Notes: a model not told the origin generated them from the letters alone. Positions 1-9,413 are shown, numbered from the stretch's first letter. The stretch: DNA of 33,806 bases from Xanthobacteraceae bacterium (GCA_036514935.1 DATBWJ010000100.1:1-33806); one strand, 5' to 3'. Numbers and translations: made by a program.

Positions 1-2
1 TC

Positions 3-821
3 ATCCCCGTGTTGGAACAGCGCGACCGAATTGTCGCCACGTATCGCGAGCACGGGCACGCGCTTGTGCGCGGCGTGCCGATGACGACGGTATTCGCCGA
101 AATATACGGAAAGCAGGAAGGCTGCAGCCGGGGGCGCGGCGGTTCCATGCATTTGTTCGATCGCGCCACCAACTTCTATGGCGGCAATGCCATTGTCGGT
201 GGTGGATTGCCGCTGTCGATCGGGCTTGCGCTGGCCGATCACATGCGGGGCGACGACATCGTCACGGCCTGTTTCTTCGGCGAGGGCGCCGTGGCCGAAG
301 GCGAGTTTCACGAGAGCCTCAATCTCGCGGCGCTGTGGAGGCTGCCGGTGCTGTTCGTGTGCGAGAACAATCTCTACGCCATGGGAACAGCGCTCGCTCT
401 GTCGGAATCGGAGACCGACATCCAGCGCAAGGCGACCTGCTACCGCATTGCTTCCGAGGTCGTCGACGGCATGGACGTGGTCGCCGTCGAGGCGGCCGCC
501 CGGCGGGCGGTGCGGGCGGTGCGCGAGACCGGCAAGCCCTGTTTCCTGGAATGCCGTACCTATCGGCTGCGCGCGCACTCGATGTTCGACGCCCAGCTCT
601 ATCGCGACAAGGCGGAGGTCGAAGCCTGGCGCAGCAAGGAGCCGATCGCGCGCTTCCAGGGCTGGCTGGAAGCCAATCACATGATCCATGCCGAGGAGGT
701 GGCCCGCATCGAAGCCGAAGTCGCCGCCGAGATCGCCGAGGCCGTCGCCTTCGCTGAGGCGGGAACGTGGGAGCCGGTCGAGCATCTGACCCGCTTCGTC
801 TATGCGGAAAGGACCGCGTGA
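3..821 (+). CDS. ThDP-dependent 2-oxoacid (pyruvate/acetoin-type) dehydrogenase E1 alpha subunit, 5' end cut by window edge
   Basis: Frame is open from base 3 (ORF track 9..821). ThDP-binding signature [37 protein letters not shown]. Followed directly by E1-beta and E2. Confidence 0.85.
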   Translation: MPVLEQRDRIVATYREHGHALVRGVPMTTVFAEIYGKQEGCSRGRGGSMHLFDRATNFYGGNAIVGGGLPLSIGLALADHMRGDDIVTACFFGEGAVAEGEFHESLNLAALWRLPVLFVCENNLYAMGTALALSESETDIQRKATCYRIASEVVDGMDVVAVEAAARRAVRAVRETGKPCFLECRTYRLRAHSMFDAQLYRDKAEVEAWRSKEPIARFQGWLEANHMIHAEEVARIEAEVAAEIAEAVAFAEAGTWEPVEHLTRFVYAERTA

Positions 822-829
822 TCAGCGCC

Positions 830-1837
830 ATGCCGCAGGAGACGCCGCAGTCCGGAACGATCGAGATCACCTATCGCGAGGCGGTGCGCGAGGCGATCCG
901 CGATGCGCTCAGCCGCGATGAGCGCGTGTTTCTCATGGGGGAGGACGTGGGGCGCTATGGCGGCTGCTATGCGGTGAGCAAGGGCCTCTTGGCCGAGTTC
1001 GGCCCCGAGCGGATCCGCGACACGCCGCTGTCGGAATCGGGCTTCACCGGCGCCGGCATCGGTGCTGCGATGGCCGGCATGCGCCCGATCGTCGAGCTGA
1101 TGACGGTGAACTTCAGCCTGCTCGCGCTCGACCAGATCCTCAACACCGCGGCGACCGTGCGCCACATGTCGGGCGACCAGTTCGGCGTGCCGCTCGTCGT
1201 GCGCATGGCGACCGGGGCGGGCCGCCAGCTCGCCGCCCAGCATTCGCACAGCCTCGAAGGCTGGTACGCCCACATTCCCGGCATCAAGGTCCTCGCCCCC
1301 GCCACGGTCGAGGACGCGCGCGGCATGCTGTGGACGGCCCTGGAAGACCCCGATCCGGTGCTGATCTTCGAGAACATCATGCTCTACAACCTGACGGGCA
1401 CGCTCGCCGCCGACGCGGGGGCGGTCAACATCGACAAGGCCGCGGTCCGCCGGCCCGGGCGCGACATTTCGCTCATCAGCTATGGCGGCTCGCTGGGCAA
1501 GACGCTGGAGGCCGCCGCCGCGCTCGCTGCCGACAACATCGATGCCGAGGTCATCGACTTGCGCAGCCTGCGGCCGCTCGACGACGCGACCATCATGGCG
1601 TCGGTCGCCAAGACGCGCCGAGCGGTCGTCGTTGACGAAGGCTGGCGCAGCGGCAGCCTGGCGGCGGAAATTTGCGCGCGCATCGTCGAGCAGGTTTTTT
1701 GGGAACTCGACGCGCCGATCGGCCGGGTGTGCAGCGAAGAGGTGCCAATCCCGTATCCGCGCCACCTGGAAGATGCGGCGATCCCGCAGGCGGCCAAGAT
1801 CGTCGCGGCCGCGAAGGCCGCGCTTGGGCGGAGGTAA
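830..1837 (+). CDS. 2-oxoacid dehydrogenase E1 beta subunit (transketolase-like pyrimidine-binding and C-terminal domains)
   Basis: ORF 767..1837. [33 protein letters not shown] and [26 protein letters not shown] are typical E1-beta. ATG at 830 chosen; an alternative GTG at 818 overlaps the E1-alpha stop as GTGA. Confidence 0.85.
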   Translation: MPQETPQSGTIEITYREAVREAIRDALSRDERVFLMGEDVGRYGGCYAVSKGLLAEFGPERIRDTPLSESGFTGAGIGAAMAGMRPIVELMTVNFSLLALDQILNTAATVRHMSGDQFGVPLVVRMATGAGRQLAAQHSHSLEGWYAHIPGIKVLAPATVEDARGMLWTALEDPDPVLIFENIMLYNLTGTLAADAGAVNIDKAAVRRPGRDISLISYGGSLGKTLEAAAALAADNIDAEVIDLRSLRPLDDATIMASVAKTRRAVVVDEGWRSGSLAAEICARIVEQVFWELDAPIGRVCSEEVPIPYPRHLEDAAIPQAAKIVAAAKAALGRR

Positions 1838-1846
1838 GGGCGCGCC

Positions 1847-3058
1847 GTGGTCGAGTTCCGCATGCCCTCGCTCGGTGCCGACATGGAGGCCGGCACGCTC
1901 ATCGAATGGCTGATCAAGCCGGGCGACAAGGTCAAGCGCGGCGACGTCGTCGCCGTGGTGGAGACGCAGAAGGGCGCCATCGAGATCGAGATTTTCGAGA
2001 CCGGCCAGGTCGAGGACGTCCTGGTCGACCTCAACGCCAAGGTGCCGGTCGGCACGCCGCTGGCGCGAATTCGCAGCGAAGCCCCGCCGGGCGCCGCCGC
2101 CCCACTGGCGGCGCCAGCCGTGCCGCCGGTCGCCCCGCCGGTCGCGGCACCCGGCGCCGCCGCGGCGCCCGCAGCACCGATGCCACCGCCCGCAGCGCCC
2201 ATCCTCGCTCGCCCCCGCGTTGCGGGCCGCGCGCGAGCCTCGCCCGCGGCACGGCGGCTTGCCGAGCTGCATGGCGTGGACCTCTCCACGCTCACGGGCA
2301 GCGGACCGGGCGGCGCCATCACGGCGGCCGACGTCGACGGGCGCCTCGGCGCGCTCATCGCCGCTCCGCAGAAAAAGCGCGCGCTTGGGATCGATCTTGA
2401 GGCGATGCGCGCGGCCATTGCCGCTGCCATGGCGCGCTCGAAGCGGGAAATCCCCCACTACTACCTCGAGCACCAGGTCGACGTCAGCGCGTGCGAGCAA
2501 TGGCTCGCCCGCACCAACGCGACGCGAGCGCCGGAGCACCGCCTGCTCATGGGCGCGCTCGCCGTCAAGTCGGTCGCTCTGGCCTGCCGCCGCTTCCCCG
2601 TCTTCAACGGCTTTTGCCGCGACGGCAGGTTCGAGCCGGCGGCCGCGGTGCATGTCGGCGTTGCCATCGCCATCCGCGGCGGCGGCCTGGCGGCGCCGGC
2701 GCTGCGGGACGCCGATCAGCTCTCCCTCGACGAGCTGATGCACCGCATGCGCGACCTCGTCCAACGCATGCGCGCCGGTCGCATCCGCAGCTCGGAGATT
2801 TCCGATCCAACGATCACGGTCTCGAGCCTGGGGGAGCGCGGCGTGGACGCGCTCTATGGCATCATCTACCCGCCGCAGGTGGCGATCGTCGGATTCGGCA
2901 AGGTGGTGGCGCGGCCGTGGGTCGTCGACGGTGCCATCGCGCCGCGCTCGGTCGTGACCATCACGCTCTCGGCAGACCATCGGGTCAGCGATGGCCACGC
3001 CGGCGCATTGTTCCTGGCCGAGATCGGCAGGCGGCTGCAGGAGCCGGACAAACTATGA
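1847..3058 (+). CDS. Dihydrolipoamide acyltransferase E2 (lipoyl domain, Ala/Pro linker, subunit-binding domain, catalytic domain)
   Basis: GTG start. Lipoyl domain with [15 protein letters not shown] (lipoyl-Lys codon at 1970..1972). Ala/Pro-rich linker. [33 protein letters not shown] subunit-binding domain. Catalytic DHRVSDG motif near the C-terminus. Confidence 0.85.
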   Translation: MVEFRMPSLGADMEAGTLIEWLIKPGDKVKRGDVVAVVETQKGAIEIEIFETGQVEDVLVDLNAKVPVGTPLARIRSEAPPGAAAPLAAPAVPPVAPPVAAPGAAAAPAAPMPPPAAPILARPRVAGRARASPAARRLAELHGVDLSTLTGSGPGGAITAADVDGRLGALIAAPQKKRALGIDLEAMRAAIAAAMARSKREIPHYYLEHQVDVSACEQWLARTNATRAPEHRLLMGALAVKSVALACRRFPVFNGFCRDGRFEPAAAVHVGVAIAIRGGGLAAPALRDADQLSLDELMHRMRDLVQRMRAGRIRSSEISDPTITVSSLGERGVDALYGIIYPPQVAIVGFGKVVARPWVVDGAIAPRSVVTITLSADHRVSDGHAGALFLAEIGRRLQEPDKL

Positions 3059-3312
3059 ATGATTTTGATATTCCCATGGTGGTGCGCGAAGAACTCAACA
3101 ATATCGCGCCCGAAGTGGATCTCGCGGGCATCGATCCCGCCGGCGACCTGCGCGAGGCGCTCGACATCGATTCCATGGATTTTTTGACCTTCGTCACCGC
3201 GCTGCATCGCCGCCTCGGCGTCGACATCCCCGAGATCGACTATCCAAAGCTTCTCACGCTCGACGGCGCGGTCGCCTACCTCACGGCCCATCTGAAGTCG
3301 GCCCAGCGCTGA
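3055..3312 (+). CDS. Acyl carrier protein (phosphopantetheine-binding), translationally coupled to E2
   Basis: 85-aa acidic protein inside ORF 2491..3312. ATG at 3055 overlaps the E2 TGA (ATGA). ALDIDSMDFLTFVTAL carries the DS(M/L) phosphopantetheine-attachment serine. Confidence 0.75.
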   Translation: MNDFDIPMVVREELNNIAPEVDLAGIDPAGDLREALDIDSMDFLTFVTALHRRLGVDIPEIDYPKLLTLDGAVAYLTAHLKSAQR

Positions 3313-3382
3313 GGGCGCGCGCATCGGCTTCGCATGCGCCGGCCAGTTTCCGAAATCTCCTGCGATGGTACCGCATCCGTCA

Positions 3383-4738
3383 TCATGCGTCGTGCACGCG
3401 GATGAGGCCGACCTCGACCAGCCGCTCGACCGCCGCTCGGCTGCGGCCAATGGCGTCGAGCGCAAGCCGTTCGATCTCGGCACGGCCGAGGGGAATCCGG
3501 GCCAGCCCTTCGGCAACCGCCGCCGCGCCGACGGCGGCGGCCACCCGCGCCGCGACCGTCCAGTCGTCCATGGTCGGAAGAAGCCGATCCGCCCCAAGTC
3601 CCCGTTCTTTCGCCGCCGCCACCAGTTCACTCGCCGCCGCAATCGCCATCCGGTCGCTGACCGTGCGCGCCCGCACGTCGAGGACGCCGCGGAAGAGCCC
3701 GGGAAAGACCAGCGAGTTGTTGACCTGATTCGGAAAATCGCTGCGTCCGGTCGCGACAATGGCCGCGCCGGCGCTGCGCGCCACCTGCGGCCAGATTTCC
3801 GGCACCGGATTGGCGCAGGCCAGCACCACCGCGTCCTCCGCCATCGAGGCGATCCACTCCGGAAGAATCACGTTCGGCCCGGGCCGGCTGAACGCGATGC
3901 ACAGGTCGGCGCCCCGGAACGCGGCCGGCGCCCCGCCGCGGCGATCCTCGCCGTTGCTCTCACGGCAGATCCGCCACTTGTCGGCGAAATCCGCCTGCAA
4001 CTGCTCGATGTCGCCGCGCCCGGCGTGAAGGATGCCCTTGCTGTCGCAGGCCACGATTGCCTTCGGGTCGAGGCCATACGCCGTCAGCAGGCGATAGGTT
4101 GCGACATTGGCGGCCCCGACGCCGAACAGCACGATGCGCATGCGGTCAGGAGGCTTGCCAACGACCTCGGCGGCGGCAATGAGAGCGGCCAGGGCTGCGG
4201 TGGCGGAACCCTGCTGATCGTCATGCCAGACCGGAATGGAGACCCGCCGCCGCGCCTCGTCGAGCACGGCGAAGCATTTCGGTTGGGATATGTCTTCGAG
4301 GTTCACGCCGCCGAAGGACGGCTCGATCATTTCGACCGCGCGCACGATATCGCCTGCTTCACGGACGCGGATGCACAGGGGGATCGCGTCCACACCGCCG
4401 AACAGCTTGAAGAGGAGGGCCTTGCCCTCCATCACCGGCAGACCGGCCTGCGGACCGATATCGCCGAGCCCGAGCACGCGCGAGCCGTCCGAGACGATCG
4501 CGATCGTGTTGCCCCGATTTGTGTAGGCAAACGCCAGGTCCGGATCGGCGGCGATCGCCCGGCAGGGCTCGGCGACCCCGGGCGTGTACCAGATGGCGAG
4601 CTCTCGCAGGTCGCGCAGCGGAACCTTGGCCTGCATCTCGATCTTGCCGCGATAGCGGGCATGCAGAGCGAGCGCGCGCCGAGCGAGATCGAGCGTCGAG
4701 CCTGCGGCGTCAGCGGGTTTTTGGGCGGGGTCGATCAT
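3383..4738 (-). CDS. NAD(P)-dependent malic enzyme, short form without a phosphotransacetylase-like domain
   Basis: 451-aa ORF. YTPGVAEPCRAI, IVSDGSRVLGLGDIGPQAGLPVMEGKALLFKLFGGVDAIP and FGGVNLEDISQPKCF are malic-enzyme signatures. Confidence 0.9.
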   Translation of the reverse strand: MIDPAQKPADAAGSTLDLARRALALHARYRGKIEMQAKVPLRDLRELAIWYTPGVAEPCRAIAADPDLAFAYTNRGNTIAIVSDGSRVLGLGDIGPQAGLPVMEGKALLFKLFGGVDAIPLCIRVREAGDIVRAVEMIEPSFGGVNLEDISQPKCFAVLDEARRRVSIPVWHDDQQGSATAALAALIAAAEVVGKPPDRMRIVLFGVGAANVATYRLLTAYGLDPKAIVACDSKGILHAGRGDIEQLQADFADKWRICRESNGEDRRGGAPAAFRGADLCIAFSRPGPNVILPEWIASMAEDAVVLACANPVPEIWPQVARSAGAAIVATGRSDFPNQVNNSLVFPGLFRGVLDVRARTVSDRMAIAAASELVAAAKERGLGADRLLPTMDDWTVAARVAAAVGAAAVAEGLARIPLGRAEIERLALDAIGRSRAAVERLVEVGLIRVHDA

Positions 4739-4841
4739 CGGCCTTGTCTGGAGGGCTGGACGGTCGCGGACGTTTCACCTCGACATGTCCACCCACGGGC
4801 ACTGCCCCGCACGCTTTTCGCAAACGGCGGTCCGTGCAGTC

Positions 4842-4855
4842 TTGATCCTGGTCAA
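4842..4855 (-). promoter_or_regulatory. FixK/FNR-type box TTGATCCTGGTCAA upstream of malic enzyme
   Basis: Exact match to TTGA[TC]-N4-[AG]TCAA. Lies in the 201-bp gap between the TRAP permease stop (4940) and the malic enzyme start (4738), about 104 nt from the start codon. Confidence 0.6.
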
Positions 4856-4939
4856 GGCCCCTGAAAGCTCCGCTGCCGACCGTCGTTCGGTTGCCAACGC
4901 AACGTTGGCCCTGCGGCGATGCCGGAGGCGAAGGTCGCG

Positions 4940-6241
4940 CTATTGCAGCAGGTGCGGCAACCACAGCGCGATCGAAGGCGCGAAAATCAGCAGCGCGACC
5001 AGGACGAAATCCGCGACCAGGAACGGCAGCGTGCCCATATAGATGCGCATCACTGGAATTTCCGGATGCTGCGCCTGGATCACAAACACCGTCATGCCAG
5101 TTGGCGGGCTGATCAATCCGATCGTACACATCACGGTGACGAAAATGCCGAACCAGATACCGTCAAAACCGATGCCGGTCACCAGCGGCAGCGTCACCGG
5201 AACGGTAATGAGGATGGTGCTGACCTCGTCGAGGAAGGTGCCAAGCAGGATATAGAGCACCATGATCGCCATGAGAATCCACACTGGCGCGAGCGCGAGG
5301 TCCTTCGTCCATTGCGCCAATTCGTTGGGGAATTGCGTCAGCACGATGAAGCGGGAAAAGATGAACGCCCCGACCACGATGTAGAAGATCGCGGCCGTGG
5401 TGTAGACGGTCTCGATCATGGCGTCCGCCAGCTCACGCCAGCCCATGGCGCCGGTGGCGAAGCCGATCAGGATTGCGGCGAATGCCGCCACCGCCGCCGC
5501 CTCGGTCGGCGAGAACCAGCCGAGATAGATTCCAAACACCGCCAGGAAGAACAGCACGCTCAACTTCCACATCCCGACGGCGGCGCGCAGACGGGTGCGC
5601 AACGACGCAGCCGCCACGACAGGGATCCACGCGGGCCTCAACTGGCCGACCACGAGGACGGCAACGACATAGAGCGCCGCCAGGATGAGGCCGGGAATGA
5701 GGGCCGCGGCGTAGAGCGTGGGCAGCGATTGTTCGGCCACGATGGCGTAGATCGCCGTCAGCACCGAGGGCGGGATCAGGATTCCGAGCGTTCCGCCCGA
5801 GGCGACCGCGCCCGCCGCGAATGCCGGATCGTAGCCATGACGGCGCATTTCCGGAATCGCCACCTTGGAGAAGGTCGCGGCGGTTGCGATGGAGGAGCCG
5901 CAGATCGCGCCGAACAGGGTGCAGGCGCCGATGGTGGCGTTCGCCAATGCGCCGCGCAGCCCGGAAAAGACCGCGTTCGAGGCCTCAAACAGCTCGGTCG
6001 CCATGTTGGCGCGCGAGGCGACCGCACCCATCAGGATGAACAGCGGGATGACGGACAGCGAATAGGCGCTCGCCAGTTGATAGGGCACGAGGCCGAACAT
6101 TTTCAGCGCCGGCGGCCAGCCATCAATCGCCGCGTAACCGATGAGCCCGGAGGCCGCGAGCGAAAGGGCGATCGGAACGCGTGCAAAAATCAGCAGCAGC
6201 AGAAGTGCAACGCCGAGCAGGCCGATGGTTGCGATGCTCAT
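4940..6241 (-). CDS. TRAP transporter large permease (DctM family)
   Basis: 433-aa polytopic membrane protein. Overlaps the stop of the small-permease gene. Standard P-Q-M operon order on the minus strand. Confidence 0.85.
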   Translation of the reverse strand: MSIATIGLLGVALLLLLIFARVPIALSLAASGLIGYAAIDGWPPALKMFGLVPYQLASAYSLSVIPLFILMGAVASRANMATELFEASNAVFSGLRGALANATIGACTLFGAICGSSIATAATFSKVAIPEMRRHGYDPAFAAGAVASGGTLGILIPPSVLTAIYAIVAEQSLPTLYAAALIPGLILAALYVVAVLVVGQLRPAWIPVVAAASLRTRLRAAVGMWKLSVLFFLAVFGIYLGWFSPTEAAAVAAFAAILIGFATGAMGWRELADAMIETVYTTAAIFYIVVGAFIFSRFIVLTQFPNELAQWTKDLALAPVWILMAIMVLYILLGTFLDEVSTILITVPVTLPLVTGIGFDGIWFGIFVTVMCTIGLISPPTGMTVFVIQAQHPEIPVMRIYMGTLPFLVADFVLVALLIFAPSIALWLPHLLQ

Positions 6242-6702
6242 CGCTCGCCGTTCCGGCGCTTGGCCATGACCAGCGCGGCGAGCGCCGAACCGACGAGGCC
6301 CGCAAGCACCGCGCTCCAGTGCAGCGTCCGCGGCAGGCCGAGGTCGGCCGTCACGTCATGGAACTCGTAGGAATCCTTGGCGGCGAGCCAGCCTTGCCAT
6401 GCCATCACCGCCAACACGAGCACGGCGAGCAGCTCGGCCAGGCGCTTGAGCACCGGCGCCGAGCGCGGCGCAAGATCGTCGATGACATTGACCAGGATAT
6501 GCTCTTCGCGCAGGAACACCGCCGGCAACGCCATGAAAAACGTGAAGGCCAGCAGAAGCTCCACCAGATCGTAGACGCCCCTGATCGGCAGATTAAGCGC
6601 CGCGCGCAGCACGACGTCGGCGACCGTGAGCAGCATGATCGCCACCAGGAAGCATGCGGCGATCCATCCGCAAACCGAAGAGGCGACCCGCCAGCGTCTC
6701 AC
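6238..6702 (-). CDS. TRAP transporter small permease (DctQ family)
   Basis: 154-aa protein with four hydrophobic segments. 4-nt overlap with the large-permease start. GTG start at 6702 is uncertain. Confidence 0.75.
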   Translation of the reverse strand: MRRWRVASSVCGWIAACFLVAIMLLTVADVVLRAALNLPIRGVYDLVELLLAFTFFMALPAVFLREEHILVNVIDDLAPRSAPVLKRLAELLAVLVLAVMAWQGWLAAKDSYEFHDVTADLGLPRTLHWSAVLAGLVGSALAALVMAKRRNGER

Positions 6703-6803
6703 AGTCTGTCTCGATATACCAAGGTCGGCGCGGGCAAGGCTGCCCGCGCTTCCCGCGACTGCTGCGGGATGACTTCAGGTATGCTCACTTTGTCCCACAC
6801 CCC

Positions 6804-6886
6804 GTCATCGCGAGCCCCGGCAGGGGGCGTGGCGATCCCCTTGTCGTGTGGATTGCTTCGGTGGGCTCCGCCCGCCTTGCAATGAC
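6804..6886. repeat. REP-like imperfect palindromic intergenic element between the TRAP P and Q genes
   Basis: GTCATCGCGAG...GGCGATCC...GGATTGCTTCG...CTTGCAATGAC; the outer arms GTCATCGCGAG and CTTGCAATGAC are imperfect inverted repeats. In one frame it reads ...WIASVGSARLAMT. From memory this matches a repeat common in Bradyrhizobiaceae intergenic regions. Confidence 0.5.
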
Positions 6887-6912
6887 CGCAAACGACTCGA
6901 ATGCGTCCCACT

Positions 6913-7953
6913 CTAGTTCCAGAAATTCTTTGAAGTCTGGGCGTGCTTATCGGCGAGAGATTTCATCATGGCGTAGATCGTGCGCGCCGGCATGCCCTTG
7001 CCCTCCAGATCCTTCACCTTGGCCTCGGCCACCTCGGCGCCGATCTTGCGGAACTTGGCGTTCTCCTCCGGCGAAAGGCTGATCGCCACCGCGCCGCCGT
7101 CGATGATCGCTTTCTTGCCGGGAACGTCAAGCGCGTCCCAAGCCTCGCCAACTTCCTTCTCCACGCCGGTCATCGACTTGGTGACCAGCGCCTGCAGGTC
7201 GGAGGGCAGCTTGTTCCAAAAATCGGGATTCATGGCCACGCCGAAGCTTGACACGTAGGAGTACATCTCGGTCGAGTATTTCAAAATGCCGCCCATCTTG
7301 AAGGCGATGCCGGCGCCGCCATAGTCGATGAACACGCCGTCGATGGTACCCTTCTGCAGCTGCTCGACCTGCTCAGCCGGCAGCACGCCGACCGGCGTTC
7401 CTCCAAGGGCGGCGACGAAATCGCGGATCGTGGGCGAGGCAAAGCGTATGCGCAATCCCTTCATGTCCTCCACCGTGCGGATCGGCTTCTTTGTGGTGTG
7501 CACGTTGCCCGGCTGATGCGTGTGCAACAGCAGCACCTTCACGCCGCGATGCTCCGCGTCGATGTACTTCGAGCGCAGCTCCGAATCGTTGAGCACCTTG
7601 GCGCCGATCTCCGCGCTGCCGATGAGATAGGGCACCTGCACGATCTCGGTCAGCGGGAAGCGTCCCGGGGTCGCCCCGTGCAGGAACCAGGCGACATCGG
7701 CCTGCCCGGTGCGGACGAAGTCGTAGTGCTGCTGCACCGGCCCCATCTGCGAGCCGGGGAAGCGCTTGACCGTGATGCGCCCGCCCGATTCTCTCTCCAG
7801 CGTGTTGGCCCACTTGGTCAGCCACTGCGACATCGCATGCTGGTCGCCGAGGAAATAGGCAAGTTTCATCTCGATTGCCGATACCGGCGCAGGCGCAATG
7901 GCGAGCATCGCCAATGCGGCCAACGCCGTGCCGGCCAGTCTCGTGGACATCAT
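6913..7953 (-). CDS. TRAP transporter periplasmic solute-binding protein (DctP family)
   Basis: ORF 6913..8109 trimmed to ATGATG at 7953, preceded by GGGAGA. Signal peptide MMSTRLAGTALAALAMLAIAPAPVSA. Remainder is DctP-like. Confidence 0.85.
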   Translation of the reverse strand: MMSTRLAGTALAALAMLAIAPAPVSAIEMKLAYFLGDQHAMSQWLTKWANTLERESGGRITVKRFPGSQMGPVQQHYDFVRTGQADVAWFLHGATPGRFPLTEIVQVPYLIGSAEIGAKVLNDSELRSKYIDAEHRGVKVLLLHTHQPGNVHTTKKPIRTVEDMKGLRIRFASPTIRDFVAALGGTPVGVLPAEQVEQLQKGTIDGVFIDYGGAGIAFKMGGILKYSTEMYSYVSSFGVAMNPDFWNKLPSDLQALVTKSMTGVEKEVGEAWDALDVPGKKAIIDGGAVAISLSPEENAKFRKIGAEVAEAKVKDLEGKGMPARTIYAMMKSLADKHAQTSKNFWN

Positions 7954-8221
7954 GACATAATCTCCCGACGCTCTTGATGGCCGAATTGCGACGAACAAGG
8001 TTGCGCTCCCGCTCGGCTCTCCCGACCCGCGCGCTGGCGCGCTGGCCCGGCCGAGGCAAACCGTCCGCCCCCATGCCGGAGGATCGCCCGTGCGGCTATC
8101 GCCGAGCATGGCACAACCGGTGCGCTCATGGCGGCCCGATGAAAAGTTCGTGAACCTTCCTGCACTTGCGCCTGCCCTTTGACTTCGCTCTGGCTCGGCG
8201 AGACTGCGCTCACCGATTTAG

Positions 8222-9262
8222 CTAGGAAGCATGGTTCCGAGGCGCCGGACCGACAGACGTGGGATGTGCCTGCTCCGGCGTGGGAATTTCTTGGCGCTTG
8301 TGCCCGCCATGGACATCGACGCCAGCGGGCGCGACGTACTTCAGCCGACGGATGCTCACCGGGTCCGCGCGCGCAACGCCGGTGACAGGACCGCCGCGAA
8401 TGGTCACGCGCTCCATGTACCGCCGCTGCGGATAGTAGTCGTGGACCGCATAGTGCTGCGTGGAGCGATTGTCCCACATGGCGATGGTGTGCGGCTGCCA
8501 ATGCAGGCGGTATTGATATTCCGGAACGAGCGCCTGGTGGAACAGCAGGTCGAGCAGCGCGCGGCTTTCGCGCTCGTCCATGCCGTCGATGGCGACGGTA
8601 AACTGCGGATTGACGAACAGCACCTTGCGTCCCGACACCGGATGAATGCGCACCACCGGATGATTTTGAGGCGGGTACATCAGCTCGTATTGCTGGAGCT
8701 TCTTGCGCTCCTCATTCGATGTCCCGAACAGCGGGCGGAACGGCTTGAAGTCGTGAATGGCTTCGAGCCCGCAAACGAACTGTTGCATGCGGTCACTGAG
8801 GCCCTCGTAGGCGGCCGTCATGCTCACGTACATGGTGTCGCCGCCGACCGCCGGCACTTCCTTTGCGCACAGAATGGTCGCCATCGGCGGCTCGGCGCGG
8901 AAAGTCTCGTCCGAATGCCAGACGTCGGTGCCGAATGGCGGGGTGTTTTCGTCGTTCCTGAATTTGATGAGCTCGGGAGCGTCATGGCCTGCGTTCGGCG
9001 CGAATGGATGCACTGTCAGTTCGCCGAACCGCCGCCCGAAATCCATCAGGTTTTCGGACGAGATGTCCTGGTTGCGAAAGATGATCAGCTCGTGCTCGAC
9101 CAGCGCTTCGTTGATCGCCTCGAATTGCGCGTCCGGCAGCCGACGGCGAAGATCGACGCCGCTGATCTCCGCGCCCAGATGCACGCCAACTCTGGTCACC
9201 GTGACTCCGGCGTGCTCCGTTGCGAGCGGTCTGCCCTGGTTGAGTTCGAATAACTTGGTCAT
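8222..9262 (-). CDS. TauD/TfdA-family Fe(II)/2-oxoglutarate dioxygenase
   Basis: 346-aa ORF. Facial-triad region TDVWHSDETF and a C-terminal WDNRSTQHYAV motif typical of TauD. Carries about 45-50 extra C-terminal residues after the usual family end. Confidence 0.8.
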   Translation of the reverse strand: MTKLFELNQGRPLATEHAGVTVTRVGVHLGAEISGVDLRRRLPDAQFEAINEALVEHELIIFRNQDISSENLMDFGRRFGELTVHPFAPNAGHDAPELIKFRNDENTPPFGTDVWHSDETFRAEPPMATILCAKEVPAVGGDTMYVSMTAAYEGLSDRMQQFVCGLEAIHDFKPFRPLFGTSNEERKKLQQYELMYPPQNHPVVRIHPVSGRKVLFVNPQFTVAIDGMDERESRALLDLLFHQALVPEYQYRLHWQPHTIAMWDNRSTQHYAVHDYYPQRRYMERVTIRGGPVTGVARADPVSIRRLKYVAPAGVDVHGGHKRQEIPTPEQAHPTSVGPAPRNHAS

Positions 9263-9352
9263 GGCGCTCTCCTCAAAAAAGTCGCCGGTAAAGGGCTCGC
9301 TCGTCCGGCGCGACGGCGATTATTGCTAGGGTTCTCCCCCCTAAATAAACGC

Positions 9353-9374
9353 ATTCCCAAGCTTGGAAAGAAAT
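9353..9374. promoter_or_regulatory. Candidate LysR-type binding site (T-N11-A around a perfect 10-bp palindrome) in the divergent promoter
   Basis: ATTCCCAAGCTTGGAAAGAAAT contains the palindrome CCAAGCTTGG (9357..9366) and TCCCAAGCTTGGA, which is T-N11-A. Lies in an AT-rich gap between the dioxygenase and the LysR gene. Confidence 0.4.
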
Positions 9375-9413
9375 GATTATAAGGTATCCAAATGCATATA
9401 GATTGTGCACGCG

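Noticed and set aside
800-2998. 732-aa minus-strand ORF covering the E1-beta and E2 genes
   Set aside because: It is antisense to two genes with clear family signatures. Its translation is Arg/Ala/Gly/Asp-rich low complexity, typical of stop-free shadow frames in high-GC DNA. The same applies to 3365..4864 (+), 4919..6370 (+) and 8231..9253 (+).
3184-3197. Near-match FixK box TTGACCTTCGTCAC inside the ACP gene; a second near-match, TTGATCGCGGGCAA, lies at 23273..23286 inside fixN
   Set aside because: Each has a mismatch in a core half-site position and lies inside a coding region with no downstream start codon to serve. They are recorded so that the count of exact sites is honest.
3313-3382. 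Intrinsic terminator between the convergent ACP and malic enzyme genes; a similar short GC hairpin, GCCGGC-ATT-GCCGGC, lies after hsp20 at 32867..32881
   Set aside because: Only 6-bp stems are present, with no U-tract on either strand. That is too weak to annotate as a terminator. I found no convincing rho-independent terminator anywhere in the window.
8109-8123. Sigma-54-like element TGGCAC-N5-GTGC
   Set aside because: It lies on the plus strand and points into the 3' end of the minus-strand dioxygenase gene, so no plus-strand gene is available to serve. The -12 element is imperfect (GTGC, not TTGC). No enhancer-binding protein gene is nearby.
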